Shown here piece after piece: positions 1-8,770 of a stretch of DNA of 55,062 nt (its first letter is position 1; every line of letters starts with the position of its first letter). Source of the stretch: a virus; the IMG/VR virus record IMGVR_UViG_3300012156_000001, positions 1-55,062 of that record; one strand, written 5' to 3'. The translations under genes and the position numbers were made by a program. Below the pieces are notes generated by a model. The model made no database searches, was not told the DNA's origin, and saw only the letters and a program-made list of their open reading frames with translations.

Positions 1-123
1 GCTTCATCGAAAATCAAGGCATACAAAAAGGAAATTGATGGATTGATTTTCGTAAAAGAGCGGATGATACCAATTGTTTTTACCGGAGAAATCGGAAACT
101 GCCAGCGTCCGCTAAGAGGGCAA
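1..123. repeat. 123-bp terminal direct repeat identical to 54940..55062 (contig closes on itself; unique length 54,939 bp)
   Basis: Base-by-base identity of 1-123 with 54940-55062 read directly from the sequence. Confidence 0.97.
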
Positions 124-369
124 ACAGCGCAGGGCGAACGAATTGCCTTAGCAAACAGTGAGACTATTCCGGCGGGTGCCTACATCGATTTTACGATCTC
201 ATGCCTGTGTGATGCACATATCAATGCCGTGAGGGAGTGGCTTGATTACGGAGCGTTGAGGGGTATGGGACAGTGGCGAAACAGCGGGAAAGGCCGCTAT
301 TTGTGGGACGAGATGGATGATTCTGGCAATGTGATTGGAGGAAACCGTGACTTTGAAGCAAGAAAATAA
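1..369 (+). CDS. 3' part of junction-spanning gene (5' part at 54667..55062); 213-aa hypothetical protein with RAMP (Csm3/Cas7)-like motif pattern
   Basis: Frame open from base 1, stop TAA 367-369. Same codon phase as 54667 ORF across the 123-bp overlap. C-terminal GMGQWRNSGKG fits GxGxxxxxGxG glycine loop. Confidence 0.7.
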   Translation, partial: ASSKIKAYKKEIDGLIFVKERMIPIVFTGEIGNCQRPLRGQTAQGERIALANSETIPAGAYIDFTISCLCDAHINAVREWLDYGALRGMGQWRNSGKGRYLWDEMDDSGNVIGGNRDFEARK

Positions 370-505
370 GAAAATCGATCCGGAGTACTGTTACATCGTC
401 AATGACGGCGCACTTAATCCCTTCATTGTGCGGACTAATCCCGCCCGTGTGCGGCCGGAGAGGGAGCCGGAAGTAATGCCACCCGTTACCGTTAAAATAA
501 ACTGA
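347..505 (+). CDS. small hypothetical protein (52 aa)
   Basis: GTG start 5 nt after GGAGG (337-341), stop TGA 503-505. Fills an otherwise empty 150-nt gap. Opposite-strand ORF 391..576 judged a shadow. Confidence 0.35.
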   Translation: MTLKQENKKIDPEYCYIVNDGALNPFIVRTNPARVRPEREPEVMPPVTVKIN

Positions 506-522
506 GAAGGGAGATCAATGAT

Positions 523-708
523 ATGGAATGGGGAGAAGTGACAGAAAAAATTGCGCGGTTGGAAAAAGAGAATCACGATTTGAAAGAAAAAGCTCAGAAA
601 TATCGGGAAGAAAGCTGCTCCTTAAGCGCTACAGTCAACGAATTGTGCCGCCAGAATGACAAGTTGATGGCAATCATTGAATACTTAGCTAAAGGCGTAG
701 GAAGGTAA
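523..708 (+). CDS. hypothetical coiled-coil protein (61 aa)
   Basis: ATG after AAGGGAG; charged heptad-like sequence. Confidence 0.55.
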   Translation: MEWGEVTEKIARLEKENHDLKEKAQKYREESCSLSATVNELCRQNDKLMAIIEYLAKGVGR

Positions 709-730
709 AAACAGTAAAGGAGGCAGAAAT

Positions 731-1000
731 ATGAAATTGAGAGAATTAGCCGGAGTGTTGACTTGTACAAAGATACTTAAATTAAATTTTTACGACGGAA
801 ACGAGACAGGCGAACCGGTTGAAGTAAAGACGGGAGATAGTGATGCGGATTGTGTGAAACTATGTGAGACATATGGCGGTTATCGCGTGTTTTTAATACA
901 TGAAGTGTCTATGGGAAGAGTGCGCATAACATTAGAGACGCTTAACTACGGCAAAAGCAAAACCCCAGCTGCGGAGTCAGCCGGGGAATCGAAAAATTAA
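731..1000 (+). CDS. hypothetical protein (89 aa)
   Basis: ATG 7 nt after AAAGGAGG. Confidence 0.6.
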   Translation: MKLRELAGVLTCTKILKLNFYDGNETGEPVEVKTGDSDADCVKLCETYGGYRVFLIHEVSMGRVRITLETLNYGKSKTPAAESAGESKN

Positions 1001-1048
1001 TTATATTAATACACCCCTAATTATAGGGGGATGAAGGGAGATTGTCAA

Positions 1049-2479
1049 GTGAGACTAACAAAAATCAAAATCAAAAATCTTTTTGGTATCAAAGAATTTG
1101 AAGCGGACGGGAAAAGCCTGGAATTATCCGGCTTAAATGGGGCTGGAAAAACTTCTGTTATTGACGCGATCCGCTACGCTCTAACAAACAAGTCAGACCG
1201 GGAATACATAGTACGGAAAGGAGAGACCGAGGGCGAAATTTTGATCGAAACAGATAATAACATGCGGATCAACCGGAAAGCCAGAACCACGCAGGCAGAT
1301 TATAAAAGCGTGAAAAAGGATGGGTATGAGGTCGGTAGTCCGGAATCGTTTCTGAGGGATATATTCAGCCCCTTACAGCTTTCTCCATTTGAATTTATGA
1401 GCATGGACAAAAAGCAGCAAAACGCCATTATTTTGGATATGGTTGAGTATCCCTGGACCGTGCAGACGATCAAGGAGTGGTTCGGAGAAATTCCAAGCTG
1501 GGTATCTTACGACCAAAATATCCTGTCGGTTCTTAATGACATTCAATCTGAAAAAGGGGAGTATTTCCAGCAACGCCATGATATTGCCTTGGAAAAACGA
1601 AACAAGAGGGCCTTTATCGAGGAGATAGCGGCTACAATCCCGACTGGCTATCAGGCAGAGCGATGGGAAAAAGCGGATTTGTCAGAGTTGTATCAACGGA
1701 TCGAGCGAATCCGAAAAGACAACGAAACAATTCAAAAGGCCAAATCCTTAGTTAATGAGCGCAATAACAAGGTGCGTGCCTATGACGCAGAAAGAGAAAT
1801 TGCACTGGCAGCATTGGAAAGAGAGTGTATGCGCCAAGAATCTGATTTGAAGGAAAAAATAGCTTCTTTGGAAGAACAGATCAATTCCTGCCGGAAAGAG
1901 CTTTCCGGACTGTCAAGCAAAAAACAAAGCAAAACCGATCTGGTAGAAGAGAAGTACCGGGCGGATATCGCCACCTATGACGCGGTAGTAGATGAATACC
2001 GGTTATGCGCAGAGAAAGAGCCGCAAGAGACAAGCGGCCTTATGGAAGAAGCGGCATATGTTGAGGAAATGAAGAAACATTTAAACGAACACCGCCGCAT
2101 GCTAAATATGCAGGAGAAGGTAGATGAATTGATAGAAGAAGAACGTATGCTGACCGAAAAGATTGAAAAGGCCAGGGCTTTGCCGGGTGAAATCTTACAG
2201 ACCGCTAAGATCCCTATTGAAGGACTTACAGTAAAAGACGGGATACCACTGATTCGTGGCTTACCGATCAGCAACCTGTCAGATGGAGAAAAGTTAGACC
2301 TTTGCATCGATGTGGCAATTCAGAAGCCTAATGGATTACAAATCATTTTGATTGATGGTGTGGAAAAGCTATCAACCAAATTAAGAACGGAATTGTACCA
2401 AAAGTGCAAAGACAAAGGCTTGCAGTTTATTGCGACACGGACAACCGATGACGACGATTTACTGGTAGTGGAATTATAG
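1049..2479 (+). CDS. SMC/SbcC/RecN-like ABC ATPase of the recombination module
   Basis: Walker A GLNGAGKTS, long central coiled coil, signature LSDGEK, Walker B QIILIDGVE. GTG 1049 has GGGAG 8 nt upstream (ATG 1031 is the alternative). Confidence 0.85.
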   Translation: MRLTKIKIKNLFGIKEFEADGKSLELSGLNGAGKTSVIDAIRYALTNKSDREYIVRKGETEGEILIETDNNMRINRKARTTQADYKSVKKDGYEVGSPESFLRDIFSPLQLSPFEFMSMDKKQQNAIILDMVEYPWTVQTIKEWFGEIPSWVSYDQNILSVLNDIQSEKGEYFQQRHDIALEKRNKRAFIEEIAATIPTGYQAERWEKADLSELYQRIERIRKDNETIQKAKSLVNERNNKVRAYDAEREIALAALERECMRQESDLKEKIASLEEQINSCRKELSGLSSKKQSKTDLVEEKYRADIATYDAVVDEYRLCAEKEPQETSGLMEEAAYVEEMKKHLNEHRRMLNMQEKVDELIEEERMLTEKIEKARALPGEILQTAKIPIEGLTVKDGIPLIRGLPISNLSDGEKLDLCIDVAIQKPNGLQIILIDGVEKLSTKLRTELYQKCKDKGLQFIATRTTDDDDLLVVEL

Positions 2480-2487
2480 GAGGGCAC

Positions 2488-3114
2488 ATGGATAACGAGA
2501 TCATTGTTCAGGAACAAAAGTATGAGGTTGCGAATCCGTTCGCGAACTCAGCCGCTTTTCAGGAATTATATGATATAGGGAAAATGTTCGCGGTGTCTGA
2601 CATCGTACCAAGCAGCTATAGAGGCAAGCCGATGGATTGTGCGATTGCGGTTGACATGGCGAACCGAATGCAGGTGAGTCCGATGATGGTAATGCAAAAT
2701 TTATATATTGTGAAGGGAAAACCAACTTGGAGCGGACAGGCTTGCATGAGCATGATTTATGCCGCCAGACAGTTTAAAAACGCGAGAATCAGGCATGTGG
2801 GCAAAGAGGGGGACGCTGACCGAGGATGTTTCGTTGAGGCAGAATATAAAGACACCGGCGAAATTATCAAAGGAACAACCGTCACTATGGAAATGGCAGA
2901 AAAGGAAGGCTGGATAAATAAAGACGGCAGTAAGTGGAAGACGATGCCTGAACAAATGTTAATTTACCGCGCAGCTGCATTTTTCGCAAGGGCTTACTTG
3001 CCCAATGCCCTGATGGGCGTATACGTAGAGGGCGAGGCCGAAGACGCTTTCAAGGAAAAGACATTCTATGATATTCCGGATGTATTTCCCGCCATTCCGG
3101 AGGTGGTCGTATGA
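2488..3114 (+). CDS. Red-beta/RecT-family single-strand annealing protein
   Basis: C-terminal MPEQMLIYRAAAFFARAYLPNALMGVYVEGEAED resembles the conserved Red-beta/RecT segment. AGGAGG RBS. Flanked by ATPase and exonuclease genes. Confidence 0.7.
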   Translation: MDNEIIVQEQKYEVANPFANSAAFQELYDIGKMFAVSDIVPSSYRGKPMDCAIAVDMANRMQVSPMMVMQNLYIVKGKPTWSGQACMSMIYAARQFKNARIRHVGKEGDADRGCFVEAEYKDTGEIIKGTTVTMEMAEKEGWINKDGSKWKTMPEQMLIYRAAAFFARAYLPNALMGVYVEGEAEDAFKEKTFYDIPDVFPAIPEVVV

Positions 3115-3908
3115 TTCTTAGTGTAGAAAATTATCATAGCATAGAAGCCAATCAAGAATACCTGTCAGTCAGCCAATACAAGGACTTCTGCGGTAGTTTA
3201 GGAAAAGTCCCGTGCGAAGCCCAAGCACTTGCTAAACTGTCGGGAGAATGGAAAACAGAGAAGACTACCGCCTTGCTGGTCGGCTCTTATGTAGATGCCC
3301 ACTTTGAGGAATCATTAGGACTTTTCAAGGCGTCTAATTCAGAGATATTCACCAAAAGCGGCGATCTAAAAGCAGACTACAGGAATGCCGAAAATGTTAT
3401 ATGTAGGATCGAAAGAGATAGCTACATGATGAAATATCTTTCCGGGGAAAAGCAAGTGATTATGACCGGCGAAATAGCTGGCGCGAAGGTAAAAATCAAA
3501 ATAGACAGTTATTTGCCCGGTCAAGCGATTGTTGATCTCAAAGTGATGAAAGCTATTAAGGACACATTCTGGGTTCGCGACACCGGATATATGGATTTTG
3601 TCCAGTATTGGGGTTATGACATCCAAGGGGCTGTATATCAGGAGATTGTCAGACAAAACACCGGCGAGAAACTTCCGTTTTTTATAGCTGCGGCCAGTAA
3701 AGAAAAGGAACCGGACATCAACGTTATTTTCATTGATGATCTTCACCTGAAAGAAAAACTGATTGAGGTCGAAAGTAATGTAGCGAAAATTCTTGCATTG
3801 AAAAATGGCGACTATGAACCAATCCGCTGTGAGGTGTGTGATTATTGTAAGCACACAAAAGTACTCACCAAAGCGATTCATTTTTCTGAATTAATGGGGG
3901 ATTTGTGA
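3111..3908 (+). CDS. PD-(D/E)XK exonuclease, Cas4/DUF3799-like
   Basis: IKIDSY...IVDLKV core, QGAVYQ motif, N-terminal Cys pair (FCGS..PCE) and C-terminal CEVCDYC cluster. ATGA overlap with annealase gene. Confidence 0.7.
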   Translation: MILSVENYHSIEANQEYLSVSQYKDFCGSLGKVPCEAQALAKLSGEWKTEKTTALLVGSYVDAHFEESLGLFKASNSEIFTKSGDLKADYRNAENVICRIERDSYMMKYLSGEKQVIMTGEIAGAKVKIKIDSYLPGQAIVDLKVMKAIKDTFWVRDTGYMDFVQYWGYDIQGAVYQEIVRQNTGEKLPFFIAAASKEKEPDINVIFIDDLHLKEKLIEVESNVAKILALKNGDYEPIRCEVCDYCKHTKVLTKAIHFSELMGDL

Positions 3909-4285
3909 TGGAATACAAATTTGTTATCCAAGGGCGTTTGGATGGTCTGAATGAATACACAGCAGCCAACCGAACCAGCCCCCGCAAAGGCGGGAAAATG
4001 AAAGCCCAAAACCAAGAAGTTGTACAGTGGGCCATCCGGCAACAATTGAGACGGTTACATATATCTAGGCCCGTAAGAATCATTTATGACTGGTTCGAAA
4101 AAGACAGAAAAAGAGACCTTGATAATATTTCCAGTTTTGGCCGCAAGGTGATTCAAGACGCACTTGTGAAGTGTGGAACGCTGCAGGGGGACGGATGGAA
4201 ACATATTGTAGGATTTACGGATAATTTTCATTGCGATCCTGGTAATCCCCGGATTGAGATTATTATCCGGGAGGTTGAAATATGA
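3905..4285 (+). CDS. rusA: RusA-family Holliday-junction resolvase
   Basis: RDLDNISSFGRKVIQDALVKCGTLQGDG matches the RusA Asp-rich catalytic region; 126 aa. Confidence 0.85.
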   Translation: MMEYKFVIQGRLDGLNEYTAANRTSPRKGGKMKAQNQEVVQWAIRQQLRRLHISRPVRIIYDWFEKDRKRDLDNISSFGRKVIQDALVKCGTLQGDGWKHIVGFTDNFHCDPGNPRIEIIIREVEI

Positions 4286-4566
4286 AAAGCGTTTTGCAGA
4301 ATGAAAAGCAATGCTATGTATGTGGTACGGTTTGCAAACTGGAAAGTCATCATATCTTTTTCGGCACAGCTAACCGGAAAAAGTCCGAAAAGCACGGCCT
4401 TAAGGTGTGGTTGTGTCACAATCACCATACCGAGAGTAGTGCTTCTGTTCACCGCAATAAGGGAACGGACCTGTTTTTAAAGATCATAGCGCAGGAGCAT
4501 TTTGAAGCACATTGCGGGAGCCGCGAGGATTTCCGGCGGGAGTTTGGCAAATCGTATCTGGAATGA
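4282..4566 (+). CDS. Zn-finger / HNH-like phage protein (DUF968-like)
   Basis: CYVCG...ESHHIFFGTANRKKSEKHGLKVWLCHNHH; ATGA overlap with rusA. Confidence 0.5.
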   Translation: MKSVLQNEKQCYVCGTVCKLESHHIFFGTANRKKSEKHGLKVWLCHNHHTESSASVHRNKGTDLFLKIIAQEHFEAHCGSREDFRREFGKSYLE

Positions 4567-4579
4567 AAGAGGGAATTGC

Positions 4580-4771
4580 ATGGAAAAGAAGAAGCGTCTT
4601 ATATTGCTGGACACTTACATTTTTGGTAATGATCACAGCGTGATGGTTGAAACGGAGCATACAGTCGAAGAAATAAAAAACGATTGGGGGTTAAGGGAAA
4701 GGCTGATTAATGAAGGTTTGGCAAAAGCGTCTTATCCCCAAGATTATGAACCGCGAGAACTGTCAGATTGA
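4580..4771 (+). CDS. hypothetical protein (63 aa)
   Basis: ATG after AGAGGGAA; longer ORF-track start 4502 overlaps upstream gene. Confidence 0.5.
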   Translation: MEKKKRLILLDTYIFGNDHSVMVETEHTVEEIKNDWGLRERLINEGLAKASYPQDYEPRELSD

Positions 4772-4794
4772 AGTTGAAAAAGGAGTGAAAAAGA

Positions 4795-4965
4795 TTGGAG
4801 AGAATTATAAAGTGCCACAAATGTGGCAAACAGGCCAAACGAACGGGTGAATATTGGCAAGAAGGGTTAGGGGTTATCGAGTATTCGGATGAATGTCCAT
4901 ATTGCGGATATTGGGAGGAATATGCTTATGGGCAATACAGGGGGACCGATTGGCCAGAAGGGTAA
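4795..4965 (+). CDS. small Zn-ribbon protein (56 aa)
   Basis: TTG 10 nt after AAAGGAG; CHKCG...CPYCG; stop TAA 4963-4965. Confidence 0.4.
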   Translation: MERIIKCHKCGKQAKRTGEYWQEGLGVIEYSDECPYCGYWEEYAYGQYRGTDWPEG

Positions 4966-4971
4966 ATCATC

Positions 4972-5154
4972 ATGTGTGAGACATTGGGAATTAACGGGTG
5001 GTGCAAGATGTGTCAAGGGAGCGAAGAAAAAGACGGGGAACTGATATGTCAAGACCGCGAGGGTGTATTTTACGGTCTGTCAGTTGACAATGTGTTATGC
5101 ACTCCCTGTCGGAAACGAATTAAAGTTAGCGCAGAAAGGAAGATGAAACGATGA
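4972..5154 (+). CDS. small Cys-rich protein (60 aa)
   Basis: CKMC...CTPC pattern. Confidence 0.5.
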   Translation: MCETLGINGWCKMCQGSEEKDGELICQDREGVFYGLSVDNVLCTPCRKRIKVSAERKMKR

Positions 5155-5441
5155 TGCACTTAACAGGATCGTATTATATCGACACCAGCGGCACCGGATA
5201 CACGCTCACAGTGGCCGGTAAGCCGGATAAAAACGGCAACCCTACATATCGGCCGGTTGGGTATTATACCAGCTTAGAAACGGCGATAGAAGGTTGTATC
5301 AACCGCGCAACCTCAGAGCGGATTGCGGAGGGCATACACAGTCTGGAAGAGGGATTGGCAATTATTAGAGAAGAACGGGCGAAGTTTGTGGCGCTGCTGC
5401 GCAAAGTAGGGGGAGTGGGCGAAGAAATATCCAACATTTAA
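5151..5441 (+). CDS. hypothetical protein (96 aa)
   Basis: ATGA overlap with upstream ORF. Confidence 0.6.
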   Translation: MMHLTGSYYIDTSGTGYTLTVAGKPDKNGNPTYRPVGYYTSLETAIEGCINRATSERIAEGIHSLEEGLAIIREERAKFVALLRKVGGVGEEISNI

Positions 5442-5450
5442 GGAGGAACA

Positions 5451-5756
5451 ATGTTAAAATTTGAAAAATATCAACAAGAGACGATACAAAAATTTTGGGA
5501 TTTTGTCAAAAAATATAACGATAGCGTTATGGTGAATTGGAATTCAGACAAAGAACTAAAACTGTGGGTAGAATTTGGTTCTATGTCACTGGCTGATCTT
5601 ACAGACAAGTTCATGGATTATGATGGGGAGCACTGGTGTATACTTCTTTTCGCAGATTGTTTGGAAATTTCGGTTTCCATGATATTTGATGGTTATGGCG
5701 TTGAAATGAGTGACGTGTGGCAATGCAGACCAGCCGGATTAAGAGAAGATTGGTAA
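5451..5756 (+). CDS. hypothetical protein (101 aa)
   Basis: ATG after AAGGAGG. Confidence 0.6.
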   Translation: MLKFEKYQQETIQKFWDFVKKYNDSVMVNWNSDKELKLWVEFGSMSLADLTDKFMDYDGEHWCILLFADCLEISVSMIFDGYGVEMSDVWQCRPAGLREDW

Positions 5757-5935
5757 TGGAGGCAGAAGGTGTGGACGACGACTTGTTATTGATAATCGTA
5801 GGATATTTAGAAGAATATTGTGATTGTGAATTCTGTCCCGAATGCAAGTTGATAAACATGTGTACTGCATTAGACCGTGCGGCCGGAGACGTACACACAT
5901 TGCCGGATCGGTTTAGGAGATTGGTGGAGGATTAA
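5757..5935 (+). CDS. small Cys-rich protein
   Basis: CDCEFCPEC motif; ATG 5757 abuts upstream stop (5717 alternative). Confidence 0.45.
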
Positions 5936-6033
5936 TTTTACAAAGGTATTTGTTCGGCTGTTGTGTCATAAACTACATGCCGTTGGTACTGCCGCCTCTG
6001 GCCTAATGTCAGGGGCGGGGAAAGGAGAATATA

Positions 6034-6396
6034 TTGGGCAAAATGAGTAAAGAAAAGGGAAAGAGGGGCGAAAGGGAACTCGCTGGCATATTGAGACAGC
6101 ACGGATACAGCGACAGCCACCGGGGACAGCAATATTCGGGAGCTGACGGATCAGCGGATGTTGTAGGACTGCCGGGAATACATATCGAATGTAAGCGGGT
6201 GGAAAAGCTGAACCTGTATGATGCAATGGCCCAGGCGATTGAGGGCGGTACGAAACCACTGCCTTTTGAGGGAGACAGGCTTCCGGCGGTATTTCATCGA
6301 AAAAATAACCATAGTTGGTTGGTGACGATGCGACTGGAGGATTGGATCAAAATATACAAGGAATGCGAGGCGGGCAGGGAACAAGAAGAAAGCTAA
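6034..6396 (+). CDS. PD-(D/E)XK endonuclease of the Hjc/RecU-like resolvase type
   Basis: KGKRGERELAGIL...SADVVGLPGIHIECK gives a D-x(n)-E-x-K core; TTG start after AAAGGAGAA. Confidence 0.65.
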   Translation: MGKMSKEKGKRGERELAGILRQHGYSDSHRGQQYSGADGSADVVGLPGIHIECKRVEKLNLYDAMAQAIEGGTKPLPFEGDRLPAVFHRKNNHSWLVTMRLEDWIKIYKECEAGREQEES

Positions 6397-6486
6397 CGAG
6401 GGGAGGCGGCCGAGATAGAGGGGCACATCAAGATACACAGGAAAATCCTTGAATGGGAATGGTACTCTAATCTGAATACCTGCCGA

Positions 6487-7242
6487 GTGTTTTTTCACAT
6501 GCTGCTAAAGGCTAACTGGAAAGAGGGAAGATTTCAAGGCCATTTGATCGAAAGAGGTTCTTTTGTATCATCCCTTCCCAAAATTGCCGAAGAAACAGGG
6601 CTAACAATTAATGAGGCTAGAGGAACCATAAAAAACTTAAAATTAACGGGCGAAATCACAGTCACATCACATTCAAAATACAGCGTATTTACAATAAAAA
6701 ACTATGATTTCTATCAAGACGTTAACGTACAGAACCACAGTCAGACCACAGACACTTCACAGGCAGACCACAGGCAGACCACATTCACTTCACATTCTGT
6801 TGACATTCTGTTAACAACAATAGAAGAAGTAGAAGAAGAAGAGAAAGAAGTAGAAGAAGGGAAGAAAGAAAGAAGGGAAGAAAAAGACTATAGTGTCATA
6901 GATGCCACTTGTCAGACTGATGTCCGACGAATCGTTGACGCTTGGAACCAGTGCGGAGCCGTGGAAGTAAAAACGCTATCCACCACCAGCAAGCGCTATC
7001 AAATGCTGAAAGCCAGAATTAAGGAGTACGGAGTTGATCAAGTGTTAGAAGCCATTGGAATGATCAAAAACAGACCATTTCTGTTAGGGCAAAATAAAAA
7101 TGGTTGGATGATAAGCTTTGAATGGTTTGTTAAGCCCAATAACTTCCCGAAGGTGCTGGAAGGTAATTATCAGGATCATAACCGAGGGAAAGTCGATGGT
7201 GGCTATAACGAAATGTTGAAAGGATGGGCAGAAAGTGAATAG
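6487..7242 (+). CDS. replisome organiser / DnaD-like initiator (SPP1 G38P-like); real start probably upstream near 6415
   Basis: Winged-helix N-terminal signature (HRKILEWEWY..FFHMLLKANWKEG..ERGSFVSS). DnaD-like C-terminus (RPFLLGQNKNGWMISFEWFVKPNNFPKVLEGNY). Confidence 0.8.
   Translation: MFFHMLLKANWKEGRFQGHLIERGSFVSSLPKIAEETGLTINEARGTIKNLKLTGEITVTSHSKYSVFTIKNYDFYQDVNVQNHSQTTDTSQADHRQTTFTSHSVDILLTTIEEVEEEEKEVEEGKKERREEKDYSVIDATCQTDVRRIVDAWNQCGAVEVKTLSTTSKRYQMLKARIKEYGVDQVLEAIGMIKNRPFLLGQNKNGWMISFEWFVKPNNFPKVLEGNYQDHNRGKVDGGYNEMLKGWAESE
6731..6890 (+). repeat. iteron cluster plus purine tract inside organiser gene (candidate ori)
   Basis: CAGACCACA at 6742, 6764, 6775. CACTTCACA at 6753, 6786. 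CATTCTGTT at 6793, 6804. GAA-rich tract 6823-6887. Confidence 0.5.
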
Positions 7243-7786
7243 AGAGGAGTTTGCTACTGTAGCATCTGCGTTACATAGCGCCTACGGAAAAAGCAACATC
7301 ATGCCAGATGAATCCGCGCTGAATCTGTGGTACGGCATGTTGAAAGACATTGACTATGCAGTTTGCAGAAACGCAATAACGCAGTTGATCAGCCAAAACA
7401 AATTTTCCCCAACGATTGCGGAGATTAGGGAAAAGTGCGCAACGATCACCGCGGAGCGTCTGCCGGAATGGGATGAAGCCTGGGGTATGGTGCTGATGGC
7501 GATAAGAAAACATGGCTACATGCGTGAGCTGGACGCCCTTGAGAGCCTACCAGATGCCGTCAGAGGGATTGTGAAGCGAATGGGCTATCAAAATATCTGC
7601 CAGAGTGAAAACATCAGCGTGGAGCGTGCCAATTTTAGAGAGGCGTACAAGGGGCAGATCAATTTGATAAAACAACAGAACGTACTTCCCGGGGCAGTAC
7701 GAAACGAACAGGCAGAGCTAATAAGGCAATGCGCCGAACGTTTGTCCATAAGTGCAGACAGCACAAAATTACAGGAGGAAAAATAA
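7235..7786 (+). CDS. G39P-like replicative-helicase loader
   Basis: WYGMLKDIDYAVCRNAITQLISQNKFSPTIAEI resembles the SPP1 G39P N-domain; follows organiser gene. Confidence 0.6.
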   Translation: MNREEFATVASALHSAYGKSNIMPDESALNLWYGMLKDIDYAVCRNAITQLISQNKFSPTIAEIREKCATITAERLPEWDEAWGMVLMAIRKHGYMRELDALESLPDAVRGIVKRMGYQNICQSENISVERANFREAYKGQINLIKQQNVLPGAVRNEQAELIRQCAERLSISADSTKLQEEK

Positions 7787-8253
7787 TGGGACATCCGAAG
7801 CAAAGAATATTAGACCTCGTGCCGCAGATGACAGAGCTTTTTAAGCAGGGCGAAGATATATACACCATAGCCCGTCATCTGAACGTAAGGTACGAGACAG
7901 TGGCGCGCTATCTGGAAAGATGCGGATTAATCGCAGAACAGCGCATGAACAGCCGGAGACAGCGAGAAGAGCGGATGGAGAACGAAGCCATAACCAAGGC
8001 AGACATAGCGAGGTTACGCTCCTGCATCCGCGTAGGCGACACGGTGCCGGTGGTGATGGAAGTGGCAGACCGTGAGAGCGCCAACCTTGCACCGATTGAG
8101 ATTTGCAGGGAAATGTATGTCACGAAGATTTTAGACAGCGGCAGGGGCGTTCTGGTTAGCGAGGCCATGGGCGAACGGTCTGTAAGGATGGTAACGTATG
8201 TGGATATTTTACAAGAATTGGAGGGAGTAAGGTATGAAAAACATATTATTTAA
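7787..8253 (+). CDS. HTH DNA-binding protein
   Basis: ATG 6 nt after GGAGG; IYTIARHLNVRYETVARYLERCGL. Confidence 0.55.
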
Positions 8254-8770
8254 TGCCAGGCGCAAAGATACGGGCGAGATGGTGCAGGGTTCCGTGGTTA
8301 AGTACGGGCCGGACGAAGGGAAATACTATATTGTTCCTTCATACGCGTCTGCCCTGTATGGGTTTGAGGTGGAACCGGAAACTATACGCCATTTCGCCGA
8401 ATCACATGATAGGGGATGGATACCAGTCGGGGAGCGGCTGCCGGAGAACGAAAAAGAGGTTGAGGTTAGCATCGAACGCCGCCTGGAGAATGGCACGCGG
8501 AGACTTACGTGTAGAGCCATTTACGAAGACGGGACTATCTGGTCGGAAAGCAGCCGTTTCAGCTGGAATGACTTTGACGGCCTTGACAGTGATCTTGAAT
8601 ACAGCAAGGAGCTTGACGACTGGAAGGTACCCCAAGGATGGTTTGAGGCTGCTACTTATGCGGAGGAATTTGCGGCGATAGGCGATTTTGTTGTAGCATG
8701 GCGGCCGCTGCCGGAACCGTACCAACCACCGGAAGAAAGAGAGGTAGAGAATGCTGACATTGACAATTAA
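8234..8770 (+). CDS. DUF551-domain protein
   Basis: GWIPVGERLPENEKEVEV is the DUF551-type signature. Confidence 0.55.
   Translation: MKNILFNARRKDTGEMVQGSVVKYGPDEGKYYIVPSYASALYGFEVEPETIRHFAESHDRGWIPVGERLPENEKEVEVSIERRLENGTRRLTCRAIYEDGTIWSESSRFSWNDFDGLDSDLEYSKELDDWKVPQGWFEAATYAEEFAAIGDFVVAWRPLPEPYQPPEEREVENADIDN

Noticed and set aside
391-576. Minus-strand 61-aa ORF in the first intergenic gap
   Set aside because: It runs opposite to a uniformly rightward operon and has no RBS. The + strand 347..505 ORF explains the open frame better.
8253-8681. 142-aa same-strand alternative-frame ORF nested in the DUF551 gene (similarly 28014..28295, 31163..31483, 22795..23208)
   Set aside because: There is no RBS. 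The products are Arg/Gly-rich or low-complexity frame-shifted translations, and the host frames carry the recognisable motifs.
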